The notes beneath the pieces were generated by a model, which was given only the letters and a program-made list of their open reading frames with translations, did no database searches and was not told where the DNA came from. Both the position numbers and the translations under genes were made by a program. Positions 10,627 through 21,733 of a stretch of DNA of 64,000 nucleotides are shown here, one piece after another. Numbering within the stretch: position 1 is the stretch's first letter; the number at the start of each line of letters is the position of its first letter. The DNA lies in the sequence record SRR22947727_4282; one strand, 5' to 3'.

Positions 10627-11991
10627 TTAACCTGCACCGAATATGTCACCAACAAACGAGGATAGATCCGTAAATTGAGTCAATTCAAGGTATTCTTTAC
10701 TGAGCCGCTGTTCTGCGGTTGGTATGATGGCTTTGCTGAAACCAAGCTTTTGCGCTTCTTTCAACCTATTTTCTGATTGAGCAACCGGTCTTAATGCTCC
10801 GGAGAGGCTAATTTCTCCAAAGACCACCGATTCTGCGGGAAGGCTTACATCTTCGCGCGCCGAAAGAAGCGCGGCGGCAACGGCAAGATCTGCGGCAGGC
10901 TCATTGATTTTTAAACCGCCTGCCACATTTAAATAGACGTCCATGCCTGAAAATGGAATGCCACAACGGGCTTCGAGCACCGCCAAGACCATTGCCAAAC
11001 GGGCATTATCCCATCCGACCACCGAGCGGCGGGCCTGCGCGTGCGGAGTCGGGGCCACGAGGGCCTGAAATTCAACCAAAACCGGGCGCGTGCCTTCCAT
11101 TCCAGCAAACACCACCGAACCTGGGCTTGGGGTTCCCCGTTCCGAAAGGAATAAGGCCGATGGATTGCTGATTTCTTGCAGGCCCTTGCCGGTCATCTCA
11201 AAAACACCGATCTCATCGGCGGCGCCAAACCGGTTCTTGACCGCGCGCAGAATGCGAAATTGATGGCCGCGTTCACCCTCAAAATAAAGCACCGTATCGA
11301 CCATATGTTCAACCACGCGGGGCCCTGCAATCTGCCCCTCTTTGGTAACATGGCCCACCAATACAACCGAGATGCCGCGCTTTTTTGCGAAATTGGTCAA
11401 TTCATGCGCTGCGGCGCGCACTTGGCTGACGCTGCCGGGGGCGCTGTCAACGTGATCCGACCAAATCGTTTGAATCGAATCAATAATCACTAATTTGGGT
11501 TTTTCACTGTCTAATGTTGTTAGTATATTTCGCAGATTTGTTTCGGCCCCAAGTTGAATAGGGGCTTCTTTCAAGCCTAAGCGCTGCGCCCGCATCCGAA
11601 CCTGTGCGCTGGCTTCTTCGCCCGAGATGTAGATGGTTTTTAATCCGTTATGTGCAAATTGCGCCGCCGCTTGCAGCAAAAGCGTTGATTTTCCGATACC
11701 TGGATCTCCCCCCACCAAAATGGCAGAGGCTGGCACGAGGCCGCCGCCCAAAACGCGGTCAAGCTCGTCAATTCCGCTCTGTGTGCGTGGATTTGGCGCT
11801 TCGTCGGTGTCAAGGTTGCTAAGTTGAACAGGGCTCCCTTTTTTCGCCCCTAATGAGGTTTTTGATGGGCCTGAGCTTAAGGCTGTGTCTTTTGAAATTG
11901 TATTCCAGGCCTCGCAAGAATCGCAGCGGCCTGACCATTTATTGGTGACGGCGCCGCAATCTGAGCAAGAATAAGATTTGGATTTAGCCAT
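10627..11991 (-). CDS. radA: DNA repair protein RadA/Sms
   Basis: Zn finger CSDC...CDSC, GGDPGIGKST, KNRFG, Lon-like C-terminus; start ATG 11991. Confidence 0.97.
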   Translation of the reverse strand: MAKSKSYSCSDCGAVTNKWSGRCDSCEAWNTISKDTALSSGPSKTSLGAKKGSPVQLSNLDTDEAPNPRTQSGIDELDRVLGGGLVPASAILVGGDPGIGKSTLLLQAAAQFAHNGLKTIYISGEEASAQVRMRAQRLGLKEAPIQLGAETNLRNILTTLDSEKPKLVIIDSIQTIWSDHVDSAPGSVSQVRAAAHELTNFAKKRGISVVLVGHVTKEGQIAGPRVVEHMVDTVLYFEGERGHQFRILRAVKNRFGAADEIGVFEMTGKGLQEISNPSALFLSERGTPSPGSVVFAGMEGTRPVLVEFQALVAPTPHAQARRSVVGWDNARLAMVLAVLEARCGIPFSGMDVYLNVAGGLKINEPAADLAVAAALLSAREDVSLPAESVVFGEISLSGALRPVAQSENRLKEAQKLGFSKAIIPTAEQRLSKEYLELTQFTDLSSFVGDIFGAG

Positions 11992-12091
11992 GCGCGTTAT
12001 GTGCCAATTTTGCGGGCTGATGGCAAGCTTGCATTGCACGATCCAATGATGTTGCACGCATCGCCATCAACGCCATTCTTTTGCGCAGCCT

Positions 12092-12838
12092 TCAACGAAC
12101 CGCTTCGATAGGTCCTGTGGCGCGCCCATGAATGAATTGATCAACAAATGGGTCATTTGACTCAGTCAGGTTTTTGACGGGCCCCGTCCATTGAATTTTA
12201 CCCAAATGAAGCATCGCAACTTGATCTGCAATCGCGCGAACCGAAGACATATCATGTGTGATGGTCATAGCGGTGACTCCCATTTCGGTGACAATTTCCC
12301 GGATCAGGTCATTGATCACGCCGGCCATAATGGGGTCCAAACCGGTGGTTGGTTCATCAAAAAAGATAATTTCGGGATCTGCGGCGATCGCACGGGCCAG
12401 CCCAACGCGTTTTTGCATGCCACCGGATAATTCGCTTGGGTATTTATCGGCAACATCCGGTTGCAATCCGACCCGGCGCAGCTTTTCGATTGCGATTTCG
12501 CGGGCGTCAGATTTTGATTTTTTCAACGCCCCTTGCGTCAAGCGGAAGGCAATATTTTGCCAAACTGGCAAGCTGTCAAACAAGGCAGCACCTTGAAACA
12601 GCATGCCGAAGCGCGATAAAAAATGATCGCGATCAAGCGTTTGCATATCCTTTCCCTCAAGAAAAACTTGACCTTGATCGACGCGCATCAAACCCAATAT
12701 GCATTTTAATATCACCGATTTGCCAGTGCCTGAGCCTCCTATCACAACCAAGGACGAGCCTTTGGCGATCTTTAAAGACACACCTTGCAAGACCTTATTT
12801 GAACCAAAGCTTTTGTGAAGGCGTTCGAGCTGTATCAT
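12092..12838 (-). CDS. mlaF: MlaF-type ABC ATPase
   Basis: GGSGTGKS, LFQGAALFDS, LSGGMQKR, DEPTTGLDP. Confidence 0.9.
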   Translation of the reverse strand: MIQLERLHKSFGSNKVLQGVSLKIAKGSSLVVIGGSGTGKSVILKCILGLMRVDQGQVFLEGKDMQTLDRDHFLSRFGMLFQGAALFDSLPVWQNIAFRLTQGALKKSKSDAREIAIEKLRRVGLQPDVADKYPSELSGGMQKRVGLARAIAADPEIIFFDEPTTGLDPIMAGVINDLIREIVTEMGVTAMTITHDMSSVRAIADQVAMLHLGKIQWTGPVKNLTESNDPFVDQFIHGRATGPIEAVR

Positions 12839-13620
12839 GCGCTAAAAAACAATTCGGTTAAGATGTAATTGGCCGCCAGTATTAAAACGCTGGCGCTTAC
12901 CACGGCAGATTTTGTCGCGCGCCCAACACCCTGCGCGCCGCGCCCAGAATTCATACCAAAATAACAGCCCATTATAGCCACGATAAATCCAAATACGGCC
13001 CCTTTTACCATCCCGCTAAGAATATCCCAAAGCTGCAAAAAATCGACGGTGTTTTTTATATAGGCTGCGGGGTTAAAATCTAACCGGGTGACGCCAACCA
13101 CATAACCGCCCATAATACCAATCGCATCGCCAACGCCCACCAAAAGAGGCACTGCCAATGTTGCGGCAAGCACGCGGGGCAGGGTAAGATATTTCATCGG
13201 ATTTGTTGACAGGGTCACCAACGCGTCGATCTGCTCGGTTACTTTCATTGTGCCAAGTTCCGCGGCGATTGAACTGGCCACGCGTGCCGCAACCATCAAA
13301 CCGCCCAGCACAGGGCCCAATTCGCGCGCCATACCGATCGCCACGATCGATGGGACCACCGCTTCAGCGCTAAAACGCGCCCCTCCGGCATAGATTTGCA
13401 GAGCCAAAGCGCCGCCCGTGAAAAACGCGGTCAAGCCAACGACAGGCAAGGATAACCAGCCTATTTGTATCAGGGCATGTCCAAATTCGCGCAGATAAAA
13501 CGGCCCCGAAAAGGCTTGGCGCAGCGTGTCGAGGATAAACAGCGTTACGCGACCAGTCGCGGCAAGCATGTTAAGCGTGGCCGAGCCGGTGGCCTGCAAA
13601 AAGGTGGTCAGACTTTTCAT
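12835..13620 (-). CDS. mlaE: MlaE-type ABC permease
   Basis: [31 protein letters not shown]. Confidence 0.92.
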   Translation of the reverse strand: MKSLTTFLQATGSATLNMLAATGRVTLFILDTLRQAFSGPFYLREFGHALIQIGWLSLPVVGLTAFFTGGALALQIYAGGARFSAEAVVPSIVAIGMARELGPVLGGLMVAARVASSIAAELGTMKVTEQIDALVTLSTNPMKYLTLPRVLAATLAVPLLVGVGDAIGIMGGYVVGVTRLDFNPAAYIKNTVDFLQLWDILSGMVKGAVFGFIVAIMGCYFGMNSGRGAQGVGRATKSAVVSASVLILAANYILTELFFSA

Positions 13621-14651
13621 TCGGTATATCGCCGTTCGTAGCGCCCGCCTAAAGAGGTTAATATCTCATATCCGATCGTACCAGCGCCATCGGCCAGCGT
13701 ATCAATACCCTGCGCCGCATTTAACAATTGTAAACTTTCCGGCACGTGATCAAGCAGGGTGACGTCGACGCAAATTAAATCCATTGAAATGCGCCCCACG
13801 ATAGGGCATCCGATATTGTCTGAAAACAGCCGCGTATTTGGGCCCATAGCGCGCAGGATACCATCGGCATATCCGGCAGATATGGTTGCAATTTGCCTTG
13901 GGGTTGTCGCGGTCCAAGTGTTTGAGTAGCCCACGGTTTCACCGGCAGTCACGGGGCGTGTTTGGATCACGGGAATATCAATTTGTACAACTGGGTTTGC
14001 CTCTAAAAAGGGCGCGCCGCCGTAAAGCCCGATGCCCGGGCGGGTAACTTCGAAGTGATACGCTTCGCCCAACAGAATGCCACCTGTTGCCGACAGCGAA
14101 CGCGGAATGTTGCAATCGGCAGTCAGCTCACGGAACAGCTGCAACTGATGTGCGTTCATAGGGTGGTTAGGATCATCTGCGCAGGCCAAATGCGACATGA
14201 TCAGTTGTGGCTTTAAGCGCAACGCCAAATCACGCAGCGCTGTCCATTCGGTTGGCTCCATTCCCAGCCGGTTCATACCCGTATCAAGTTGCAATCCAAA
14301 AGGATGATCCGGAAGCGATTCAATATGGCGCAGCAATTGATCCACCGAATTAACCATCGGGATCAAATTTGCCTCTTTGATTAAAACGGTATCCTGCGCC
14401 ATATGGCCAGAAAATACGCTGATACTGGGGCCGCTGCCCAACGCTTTGCGCAGCGCCGCGCCTTCTTCCGCGACGGCCACGAAAAAATGCTGCGCGCCTT
14501 CTGCCGCTAAAGCGGTTGCAACGCGCGCGCTGTCAAGCCCATAGCCATCGGCTTTGACAACCGCAGCTGTGATACCCGCGGATTTCGCGTTCAACGCCTG
14601 CCAATTGGCCCTTAGAGCGCTTAAATCAATTGTTAAAACGGCTGTACCCAT
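13617..14651 (-). CDS. alr: Alanine racemase
   Basis: AVVKADGYG (PLP Lys), [26 protein letters not shown]. Confidence 0.96.
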   Translation of the reverse strand: MGTAVLTIDLSALRANWQALNAKSAGITAAVVKADGYGLDSARVATALAAEGAQHFFVAVAEEGAALRKALGSGPSISVFSGHMAQDTVLIKEANLIPMVNSVDQLLRHIESLPDHPFGLQLDTGMNRLGMEPTEWTALRDLALRLKPQLIMSHLACADDPNHPMNAHQLQLFRELTADCNIPRSLSATGGILLGEAYHFEVTRPGIGLYGGAPFLEANPVVQIDIPVIQTRPVTAGETVGYSNTWTATTPRQIATISAGYADGILRAMGPNTRLFSDNIGCPIVGRISMDLICVDVTLLDHVPESLQLLNAAQGIDTLADGAGTIGYEILTSLGGRYERRYTE

Positions 14652-14795
14652 ACGCTTTTCTTCACCGAGCTTTCTAGAACGTCAAGCATAAAGCGCTTTC
14701 TGCGCAACTTGTTGGAGAGGGGCGCGTAAAATCGCATTGGTTTAACGCGCTACGATGCAGGGTTCGGCAAGATCATTTTTAGCTTATAGTTTTGG

Positions 14796-16289
14796 CTATT
14801 CGCGTTCACTGTCTTGCTGCCAGGGTTTGACCAAATTGCCAAAACGGGTAAATCTGCCTTCAAAGCTAAGCTCAACGGTTCCAATAGGACCGTGGCGCTG
14901 CTTTCCGATAACGATTTCCGCTTTCCCATGCAGCCGCTCCATTTCATCTTGCCACAGAGCCATTTTTTCAAGATCGTGATCGCCGGGTTTTTCGCGCTCT
15001 TTGTAATACTCCTCTCGAAACACGAACATCACCACATCGGCATCCTGTTCAATTGACCCCGATTCACGCAAATCTGCCAATTGGGGGCGCTTGTCATCGC
15101 GATTTTCCACCTGTCGCGAAAGCTGCGACAGCGCGATAACGGGAATGTCCAATTCTTTGGCAATAGCTTTAAGGCCTTGGGTGATCTCAGACACTTCGTT
15201 TACGCGGCTGTCTTTTGCCGAAGCAGGGCGAACCAGTTGCAGATAATCTATAATAAGCACATCCAAACCATGCGTTCGCTTCAACCTGCGCGCACGCGCG
15301 GCCAATTGCGAAATTGGCAGGGCCGGGGTGTCATCAATGAATAAGGGGCAGCTTTCCAGCGTTTTTGCCGCGTCAACAAACCGCCGAAACTCGGTTTCTG
15401 TCATATCACCGCGCCGAATCTGCTCAGAGGGCACTTCGGAGGCCTCGGACAATATACGGGCAGCCAGCTGCTCAGCGCTCATTTCCAAGCTAAAAAAGCC
15501 AACAACACCGCCATTCAGCGTTCCCTCGCTGCCATCTGCCAATTGACCTTTTTGATAGGCTTTGGCGATGTTGAAGGCGACATTCGTGGCAAGCGAGGTT
15601 TTGCCCATCGACGGGCGCCCAGCCAGGATCAACAAGTCAGACTTATGAAGTCCGCCTAGCTTTTTATCCATATCAATCAATCCCGTAGAGATGCCAGCTA
15701 ATCCACCCTCGCGCTTATAGGCATTATTGGCCACATCTACGGCGGCGGTGACGGCTCTTAGAAAGGATTGAAAGCCGCTTTCGCCCTGACCTTCTTCGCC
15801 CAGCTTATACAGCGCTTGTTCGGCCACGACGATTTGCTCCGCGGGCTCTTGGCTTTCATCCATTGTTGTGGCGCGTGCGCTAATATCTTGGCCGAGCTGA
15901 ATTAAATTTCGCCGAATGGCTAAATCATAGATCATTTGGGCGTAATCGCGCGCAGCAAATCCAGCCACTGCTGAGGCGGCAAGCCGCGCCAAATATGCAG
16001 CCCCACCCAGCTCTTTTAGACCTTCATCATCTTGCAAAAACGTTGCAAGTGTAACCGGTGAGGCCAAATTATTTTTGGCAATTCGTGCGCTGGCAAGTTC
16101 GAATATCCGCGCATGTACCGGATCGTAAAAATGCTCGGGTGTTACGATGCTGGCGATCCGATCGAAAATATCATTATTGGTAAGAATCGCACCCAGAAGT
16201 TGCTGCTCGGCCTCAATCGAATGGGGCGCAATATCCAGCGACTCTTGGTCCGGCTCTTGGCTGTTTATATCAGATATCTTATTCATCAC
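14796..16289 (-). CDS. dnaB: Replicative DNA helicase
   Basis: LAGRPSMGKT, IDYLQL, LSQLSR, DLRESGSIEQDAD; normal length, no intein. Start is GTG 16289 or ATG 16286. Confidence 0.97.
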   Translation of the reverse strand: MMNKISDINSQEPDQESLDIAPHSIEAEQQLLGAILTNNDIFDRIASIVTPEHFYDPVHARIFELASARIAKNNLASPVTLATFLQDDEGLKELGGAAYLARLAASAVAGFAARDYAQMIYDLAIRRNLIQLGQDISARATTMDESQEPAEQIVVAEQALYKLGEEGQGESGFQSFLRAVTAAVDVANNAYKREGGLAGISTGLIDMDKKLGGLHKSDLLILAGRPSMGKTSLATNVAFNIAKAYQKGQLADGSEGTLNGGVVGFFSLEMSAEQLAARILSEASEVPSEQIRRGDMTETEFRRFVDAAKTLESCPLFIDDTPALPISQLAARARRLKRTHGLDVLIIDYLQLVRPASAKDSRVNEVSEITQGLKAIAKELDIPVIALSQLSRQVENRDDKRPQLADLRESGSIEQDADVVMFVFREEYYKEREKPGDHDLEKMALWQDEMERLHGKAEIVIGKQRHGPIGTVELSFEGRFTRFGNLVKPWQQDSERE

Positions 16290-16350
16290 ATCGCTCTCTT
16301 TGAGCTTCTTACTTGCCTGATTGCGCGGCGTGGGGCAAATTGTATGTTTC

Positions 16351-16359
16351 TGTGGATAA
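16351..16359. promoter_or_regulatory. Perfect DnaA box upstream of dnaB
   Basis: TGTGGATAA (TTATCCACA on the minus strand) in the pyrE-dnaB spacer, about 60 nt upstream of dnaB. Confidence 0.7.
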
Positions 16360-16452
16360 GTGTAACACTAGCACATATTGCGGTGATATCCTAGGGTAAC
16401 GCCCAAATGTAGGGGTGCGTCCTTTGGTCTTTGGCATATTTTCTGCGATTGC

Positions 16453-17133
16453 TCACGTAGATTTGCGGCCGTTTTGCCAAGCGCGTGGGTCGGTAAGAAA
16501 CTGTTCAACTTCGTGCAATGTTTTTGAGTCAAACGCAGATTGAGCCTTGGCTTCGCGCAATACATCCCACCAGGTGCACAGGTAGTGAAGGCCAACACCA
16601 TGATCCGACAGCGTTTTTTCGGTTTCCTCAAATATCCCATAATAAAATATTACCGCCGTATGGGCACAGGCCGCGCCGGTATCGCGAATGGCGTCAACGA
16701 AGCTTAGTTTGCTGCCCCCATCGGTGGTCAAGTCTTCGACCAACAAAACGTTTTGTCCTTCGCTCATAAGCCCTTCGATACGCGCATTTCTGCCGTAGCC
16801 CTTTGGTTTTTTACGAATATATGTCATGGGAAGGGCCATCCGCTCGGCCATCAGGGCCGCAAAAGGAATTCCAGCGGTTTCTCCACCGGCCACCGAATCA
16901 AAGGCTTCATATCCGACATTTCGCGTAACCGTTACAGTTAGGAAATCCATTAGGCTGCTGCGAATGCGAGGAAAGCTGATCAGTTTTCGACAATCAATAT
17001 AGGTTGGGCTTGGCAAGCCCGAAGCCAGAATAAATGGGTTTTCACTGTTGAAGTGAACCGCTTTTACCTCAAGCAGCATGCGCGCTGTTAATCGTGCGAT
17101 TTCTTCGGGGCTGGGGGAGGTGCTTGGGATCAT
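16453..17133 (-). CDS. pyrE: Orotate phosphoribosyltransferase
   Basis: [30 protein letters not shown] motif. Confidence 0.95.
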   Translation of the reverse strand: MIPSTSPSPEEIARLTARMLLEVKAVHFNSENPFILASGLPSPTYIDCRKLISFPRIRSSLMDFLTVTVTRNVGYEAFDSVAGGETAGIPFAALMAERMALPMTYIRKKPKGYGRNARIEGLMSEGQNVLLVEDLTTDGGSKLSFVDAIRDTGAACAHTAVIFYYGIFEETEKTLSDHGVGLHYLCTWWDVLREAKAQSAFDSKTLHEVEQFLTDPRAWQNGRKST

Positions 17134-17206
17134 CTTTGAACACTTTCATAGGTTTGTGTTTACGCACGGATAGTTCAAGGCTTTTGCGCGATGCGCTAAC
17201 GCGGGT

Positions 17207-18250
17207 TTATGCCACAACATGCCAAAAGATTGGAACGCCAGGGTCGAACAAAGTGACCGGCCCGTCGGGGGTTTGTAACTGCGGCTCTATCGGCAGCGGC
17301 TCGGACCTTTTCTGAAGCTTAAGCGTTTTTTCGTTCCTCGGTTTATTGTAAAACAGCGCCCCATTGGATGAGGTGAAATTAGCCAAGGCGTCCAGCGCGC
17401 TTTCTTCTTCGAAAACATGCGCAAGCAAAGGCATTGTTACGCTGGCGGTAAAGCATCCGGCGCATCCGCAAGCGCTTTCTTTTGCGGCATCAATATGCGG
17501 CGCGCTGTCCGTGCCAAGGAAAAACCGGCTATCACCACTGGTGGCGGCAGCGCGCAGCGCCAAACGGTGTTCCTCGCGTTTTGCGACAGGCAGGCAATAA
17601 TAATGGGGTTTGATGCCGCCGGCCAGAATATGATTGCGGTTGATCATCAGATGATGCGTTGTGATGGTTGCGGCAAGGCCGCTGGCGCTAGATTTCACAT
17701 AGTCTACGCCTTGCTGGGTGGTGATATGTTCCATAACCACCTTAAGATCTGGGTTTTGACGCCGAAGTGGATCCAGCACGCGATCTATAAACACCATTTC
17801 ACGATCAAAAATATCAACAGCTGGATCTGTCACCTCTCCGTGAACGCAAAGCGGACATCCGATTTCAGCCATCTTTTCCAATGCGGGCTGAACCGCGTTA
17901 AAATCTGTGACACCGGAGGCTGAATTGGTTGTCGCGCCCGCCGGGTACAGTTTTACCGCGCTGATCAGCCCGGATTGAAAAGCTTTTGCCAGATCCTCGG
18001 GGTCGGTGGCTTCGGTCAGATAAAGCGTCATCAAGGGCGAAAAAGCTGATGCCTTGGGTAGCTGCGCTGTAATGCGGGTTTTATAAGCTTGAGCCTCTGC
18101 GCCCGTCACCACTGGCGGCACCAAATTGGGCATGATTAACGCCCGGGCAAAGTGATCGGCGCTTGAGGCTAAAACGGATGCCATCATCGCGCCATCGCGC
18201 AGGTGAAGGTGCCAATCATCCGGACGAGGAAGGGAGAGGACTTTTTGCAT
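17207..18250 (-). CDS. pyrC: Dihydroorotase (homodimeric type)
   Basis: [34 protein letters not shown]. Confidence 0.97.
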   Translation of the reverse strand: MQKVLSLPRPDDWHLHLRDGAMMASVLASSADHFARALIMPNLVPPVVTGAEAQAYKTRITAQLPKASAFSPLMTLYLTEATDPEDLAKAFQSGLISAVKLYPAGATTNSASGVTDFNAVQPALEKMAEIGCPLCVHGEVTDPAVDIFDREMVFIDRVLDPLRRQNPDLKVVMEHITTQQGVDYVKSSASGLAATITTHHLMINRNHILAGGIKPHYYCLPVAKREEHRLALRAAATSGDSRFFLGTDSAPHIDAAKESACGCAGCFTASVTMPLLAHVFEEESALDALANFTSSNGALFYNKPRNEKTLKLQKRSEPLPIEPQLQTPDGPVTLFDPGVPIFWHVVA

Positions 18251-18467
18251 AAGGGTCTGCTAGCATAAAGCCGTCGCGGATTTCCAGAGGGCATTGGATA
18301 TCGTAGACTAACTTTTTTCAACAGCCCCTATGGTCTGTCTTTTACGCAACTTTCTTTATGCATGCCCGTTTATGGGCTAATTACGAAGTTGCGCTTTCTC
18401 GCCTTGGGGCTTGACCTTCGCGCTAAGTGATGCAGCTATATGTGCTGGCGGAGGGGAAGGTTTTAGG

Positions 18468-19367
18468 GTGGAATCGATTGATCAAGTTCAAGAACGGTTG
18501 AACGCTGGTGGGTATGTCTGCGGGCGTGCTTTGGCGACGGTGGTGTTTTTATCATTGAAATTGGGCCGACCCTTGTTTTTAGAAGGTGAAGCTGGAGTTG
18601 GTAAAACTGAAATTGCCAAAGCGCTTGCGGCCTGCCTTGGGCGCAACCTCATTCGGTTGCAATGCTATGAAGGGTTAGACGCTTCTTCTGCCGTTTACGA
18701 ATGGAACTTTGCCGCGCAGATGATCGCCATTCGCACTGCAGAAGCCACCGGCGGCGTTGAGCGGCGGGGTTTGAAGCAAGAATTGTTTTCCGAAGAGTTT
18801 TTGATCGCGCGTCCCCTTCTACAAGCCATGCAACGCGACGACCGTGGCCCCCCCATCTTGTTGATTGATGAATTGGATCGCACTGACGAGCCCTTTGAGG
18901 CCTTTTTGCTTGAGGCGCTGTCAGATTTTCAAGTCACTATTCCAGAGCTTGGCAGCATCAAAGCGCCCGAGCCGCCGATTGTGATCGTGACCTCGAACCG
19001 AACCCGCGAGGTGCATGATGCGCTTAAGCGACGCTGCCTGTATCATTGGGTTGATTATCCTGATTTTGACCGCGAGCTGGCGATATTAAAGGCGCAGGCT
19101 CCCGAGCTTGCGGCGGATCTAAGCCGCGAAGTCGTGGCGTTTATTCAAGCCTTACGGCAAGAAGATTTGTTTAAAAAGCCTGGCGTCGCCGAAACTATTG
19201 ACTGGGCCAAATGCTTATTGGCGCTGGATTGTATTGCGTTAAGCCCCGAGGTGATTGCAGATACGCTGGGCGCCATTTTGAAATACCAAGACGATATTTC
19301 AAAGCTGCAGGGATCAGAGGCCAAGCGGATTTTGGATGACGCGCGCAGAAATCTGAACCCCGCATGA
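18468..19367 (+). CDS. MoxR-family AAA+ ATPase (CoxD-like)
   Basis: LEGEAGVGKTE, RLQCYEG, LIDELDR, DALKRRC. Start GTG 18468 after a GGAGG/GGAAGG SD. Confidence 0.88.
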   Translation: MESIDQVQERLNAGGYVCGRALATVVFLSLKLGRPLFLEGEAGVGKTEIAKALAACLGRNLIRLQCYEGLDASSAVYEWNFAAQMIAIRTAEATGGVERRGLKQELFSEEFLIARPLLQAMQRDDRGPPILLIDELDRTDEPFEAFLLEALSDFQVTIPELGSIKAPEPPIVIVTSNRTREVHDALKRRCLYHWVDYPDFDRELAILKAQAPELAADLSREVVAFIQALRQEDLFKKPGVAETIDWAKCLLALDCIALSPEVIADTLGAILKYQDDISKLQGSEAKRILDDARRNLNPA

Positions 19368-19467
19368 TACGGGCGCGTTTCTTGATCTTCGCGCAGAGCT
19401 GCCGGTATGGTTTTCTCACCATAGAAGGCGCCGCGCGGTCTATTTGCGTTTCAATGATGGCGATCTA

Positions 19468-20727
19468 ATGGCGCGGTATCATCCTTTACACCTGCCCGAT
19501 GACCCCAAATTAGCGCAGAATATCATGCATTTTGCCCGAGCCTTACGCCGCGCGGGTCTACCGATTGGAACCGGGCGGGTAATCGATGCTATTGAGGCTG
19601 TCTCTGCGGCAGGCTTTACCAAAAAGCAAGATTTTTATTGGACCTTGCATGCCTGCTTTGTGTCTCGGCCAGAGTCTCGCGCGGTGTTTGATCAAACGTT
19701 TCGTTTGTTTTGGCGCGATCCGCAATATCTTGAGCATATGATGGCGCTGATGTTGCCCTCAATCGGCGCTGCACCTGAGAAAACTGGCGCGGTTGCGGCT
19801 GAAAAGCGCGCTGCCGAAGCGCTTTTAGATGGCGAACAACCGCAAGCGCCAATCGAGACGCCGCTGCCGCAAGACGAGGCACCTATGCTTGAGCTGGATT
19901 GGGCGCTAACAGCCTCTGCGCAAGAACGATTAAAATCGATGGATTTTGAGCAGATGAACCTTGAGGAAATTGCTGAGGCCAAGGCGATGTTGGCGCGGTT
20001 AGAGCTGCCTATACCTCCGCTTATGTCACGGCGCTGGCAACGCGCGTCACGGCGCAGCGTGATAAACAGGGCTGGTAGCCTGCGGTTGGCGCAACGTTCA
20101 GGCGGCGAGTTGCATAAACTTGCGTATCAAAAGCCGCGTGTGCGATGGCCGAATTTGGTTGTTCTTTGTGATATATCAGGATCCATGAGCCGATATAGTC
20201 GAATGGTGTTGCATTTCTTACACGCGGTGAGCAATCAAAAGCAGGGTGGTTGGGCGCATGTTTACGGGTTTACATTTGGAACGCGCCTAACGAACATTTC
20301 CAGACATTTGCAGACATCTGATGTGGATACCGCGCTTGCAGCGGCGGGTGTCGAAGCGCAGGATTGGGAAGGTGGAACCCGTATCGCCAGTTGTTTGCAA
20401 GCCTTTAATCGGGATTGGGGGCGGCGCGTTTTGGGCCAAGGCGCAGTTGTGCTGCTAATTACCGATGGTTTAGAGCGCGACGTAAGCGCGGATCTTGGGG
20501 AAGAAATGCGACGCCTGCAACGAACAGCGCGGCGCTTAATCTGGTTAAACCCCTTGTTGCGGTGGGATGAATTTAGCGCAAAGGCTGCTGGCATACGCGC
20601 GATTTTGCCATATGTTGATAGCCTTAGAGCCAGCCACTCTATTGCGTCCTTGATGGAATTGGCCGAGGTTGTTTCAGCGCCAGATGATGTGGGCGCGAAA
20701 ACTCGGATATTAAAAACGATGGCGTGA
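19468..20727 (+). CDS. VWA-domain protein (CoxE-like)
   Basis: MIDAS motif LCDISGSM, GGTRI, ITDGL, WLNPL. Confidence 0.88.
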   Translation: MARYHPLHLPDDPKLAQNIMHFARALRRAGLPIGTGRVIDAIEAVSAAGFTKKQDFYWTLHACFVSRPESRAVFDQTFRLFWRDPQYLEHMMALMLPSIGAAPEKTGAVAAEKRAAEALLDGEQPQAPIETPLPQDEAPMLELDWALTASAQERLKSMDFEQMNLEEIAEAKAMLARLELPIPPLMSRRWQRASRRSVINRAGSLRLAQRSGGELHKLAYQKPRVRWPNLVVLCDISGSMSRYSRMVLHFLHAVSNQKQGGWAHVYGFTFGTRLTNISRHLQTSDVDTALAAAGVEAQDWEGGTRIASCLQAFNRDWGRRVLGQGAVVLLITDGLERDVSADLGEEMRRLQRTARRLIWLNPLLRWDEFSAKAAGIRAILPYVDSLRASHSIASLMELAEVVSAPDDVGAKTRILKTMA

Positions 20728-20749
20728 AACTGAAAATAGGGTATGTAAA

Positions 20750-21733
20750 TTGACCGAAATCAATAGCGCAAAGCAAATTGAAGCAATCCCCGAGCAAGCC
20801 TTAGCCTGGCATCGAGAGGGGCGCGGGGCTGTGCTTGCCACGGTTGTTCAAACTTGGGGCTCAGCGCCGCGGCGGATCGGCGGTCAAATGGTGATTAGCG
20901 GGCAGGGGGATATGGCGGGCTCGGTTTCTGGTGGCTGCGTGGAAGGGGCCGTTGTGCTCGAGGCCTTAGAGGCGCTAAGCGCTGGAGAGATCAAGGTTTT
21001 AGAATATGGCATAAGCGACGGGGATGCGTTTGCGGTGGGATTGGCCTGCGGAGGTACGATCCGCGTGTTGCTGGAACCGGTGGGCGCTGTCCTGTCAGAA
21101 CCGTTGCTTGCCGAGTTGGTGGCTGCGCGCGCCGCACGTCAACCGATGGCCTATTGTGTGAATTGTGAAACGGGCGCAAATGCCTTGCACGCACACGGTT
21201 ATGACGAGCGGATGCGGCTTGACCGTTCAGGGTTTGAACCCGATGGTGTTACATTCGTTTCGGTTCATAATCCAAAGTTAAGATTGATTATTGTTGGGGC
21301 CGTTCATATTGCGCAGGCGCTTGTGCCGATGGCCGAGCTGGCCGGGTTTGATGTTTATCTAATTGATCCACGGGGAAGCTTTGGGTCGATTGAGCGGTTT
21401 CCCAATCACCAAATTATTGAGGATTGGCCAGATCAGGCGCTACGTGATTTACAGCTTGAAGCGCGCAGCGCTTTGGTTCTGTTGACCCATGATCCAAAGC
21501 TTGATGACCCGGCGCTGCAGGTTGGTTTAGCCTCAAATGCTTATTATATCGGTGCCCTTGGCTCAACGCGCACGCATCATACGCGCCTTGAACGATTTTT
21601 GAGCTTGGGGTTTTCTCAGGCCCAAATTGGTCGAATTCATGGGCCCGTGGGGCTGCCAATCGGGGCGGCAACCCCGGCCGAGATTGCTTCGTCGATTTTA
21701 GCTCAAATGATAGCCACGCTGCGGTTGCCCTGA
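20750..21733 (+). CDS. XdhC/CoxF-family molybdenum cofactor insertion chaperone
   Basis: WGSAPR, GSVSGGCVE, GLACGG, YIGALGS, PVGLPIGAATPAEIA. Confidence 0.9.
   Translation: MTEINSAKQIEAIPEQALAWHREGRGAVLATVVQTWGSAPRRIGGQMVISGQGDMAGSVSGGCVEGAVVLEALEALSAGEIKVLEYGISDGDAFAVGLACGGTIRVLLEPVGAVLSEPLLAELVAARAARQPMAYCVNCETGANALHAHGYDERMRLDRSGFEPDGVTFVSVHNPKLRLIIVGAVHIAQALVPMAELAGFDVYLIDPRGSFGSIERFPNHQIIEDWPDQALRDLQLEARSALVLLTHDPKLDDPALQVGLASNAYYIGALGSTRTHHTRLERFLSLGFSQAQIGRIHGPVGLPIGAATPAEIASSILAQMIATLRLP

Noticed and set aside
16290..16452. Replication origin near dnaB
   Set aside because: Only one perfect DnaA box, no AT-rich unwinding element, and no dnaA, parAB or hemE context.
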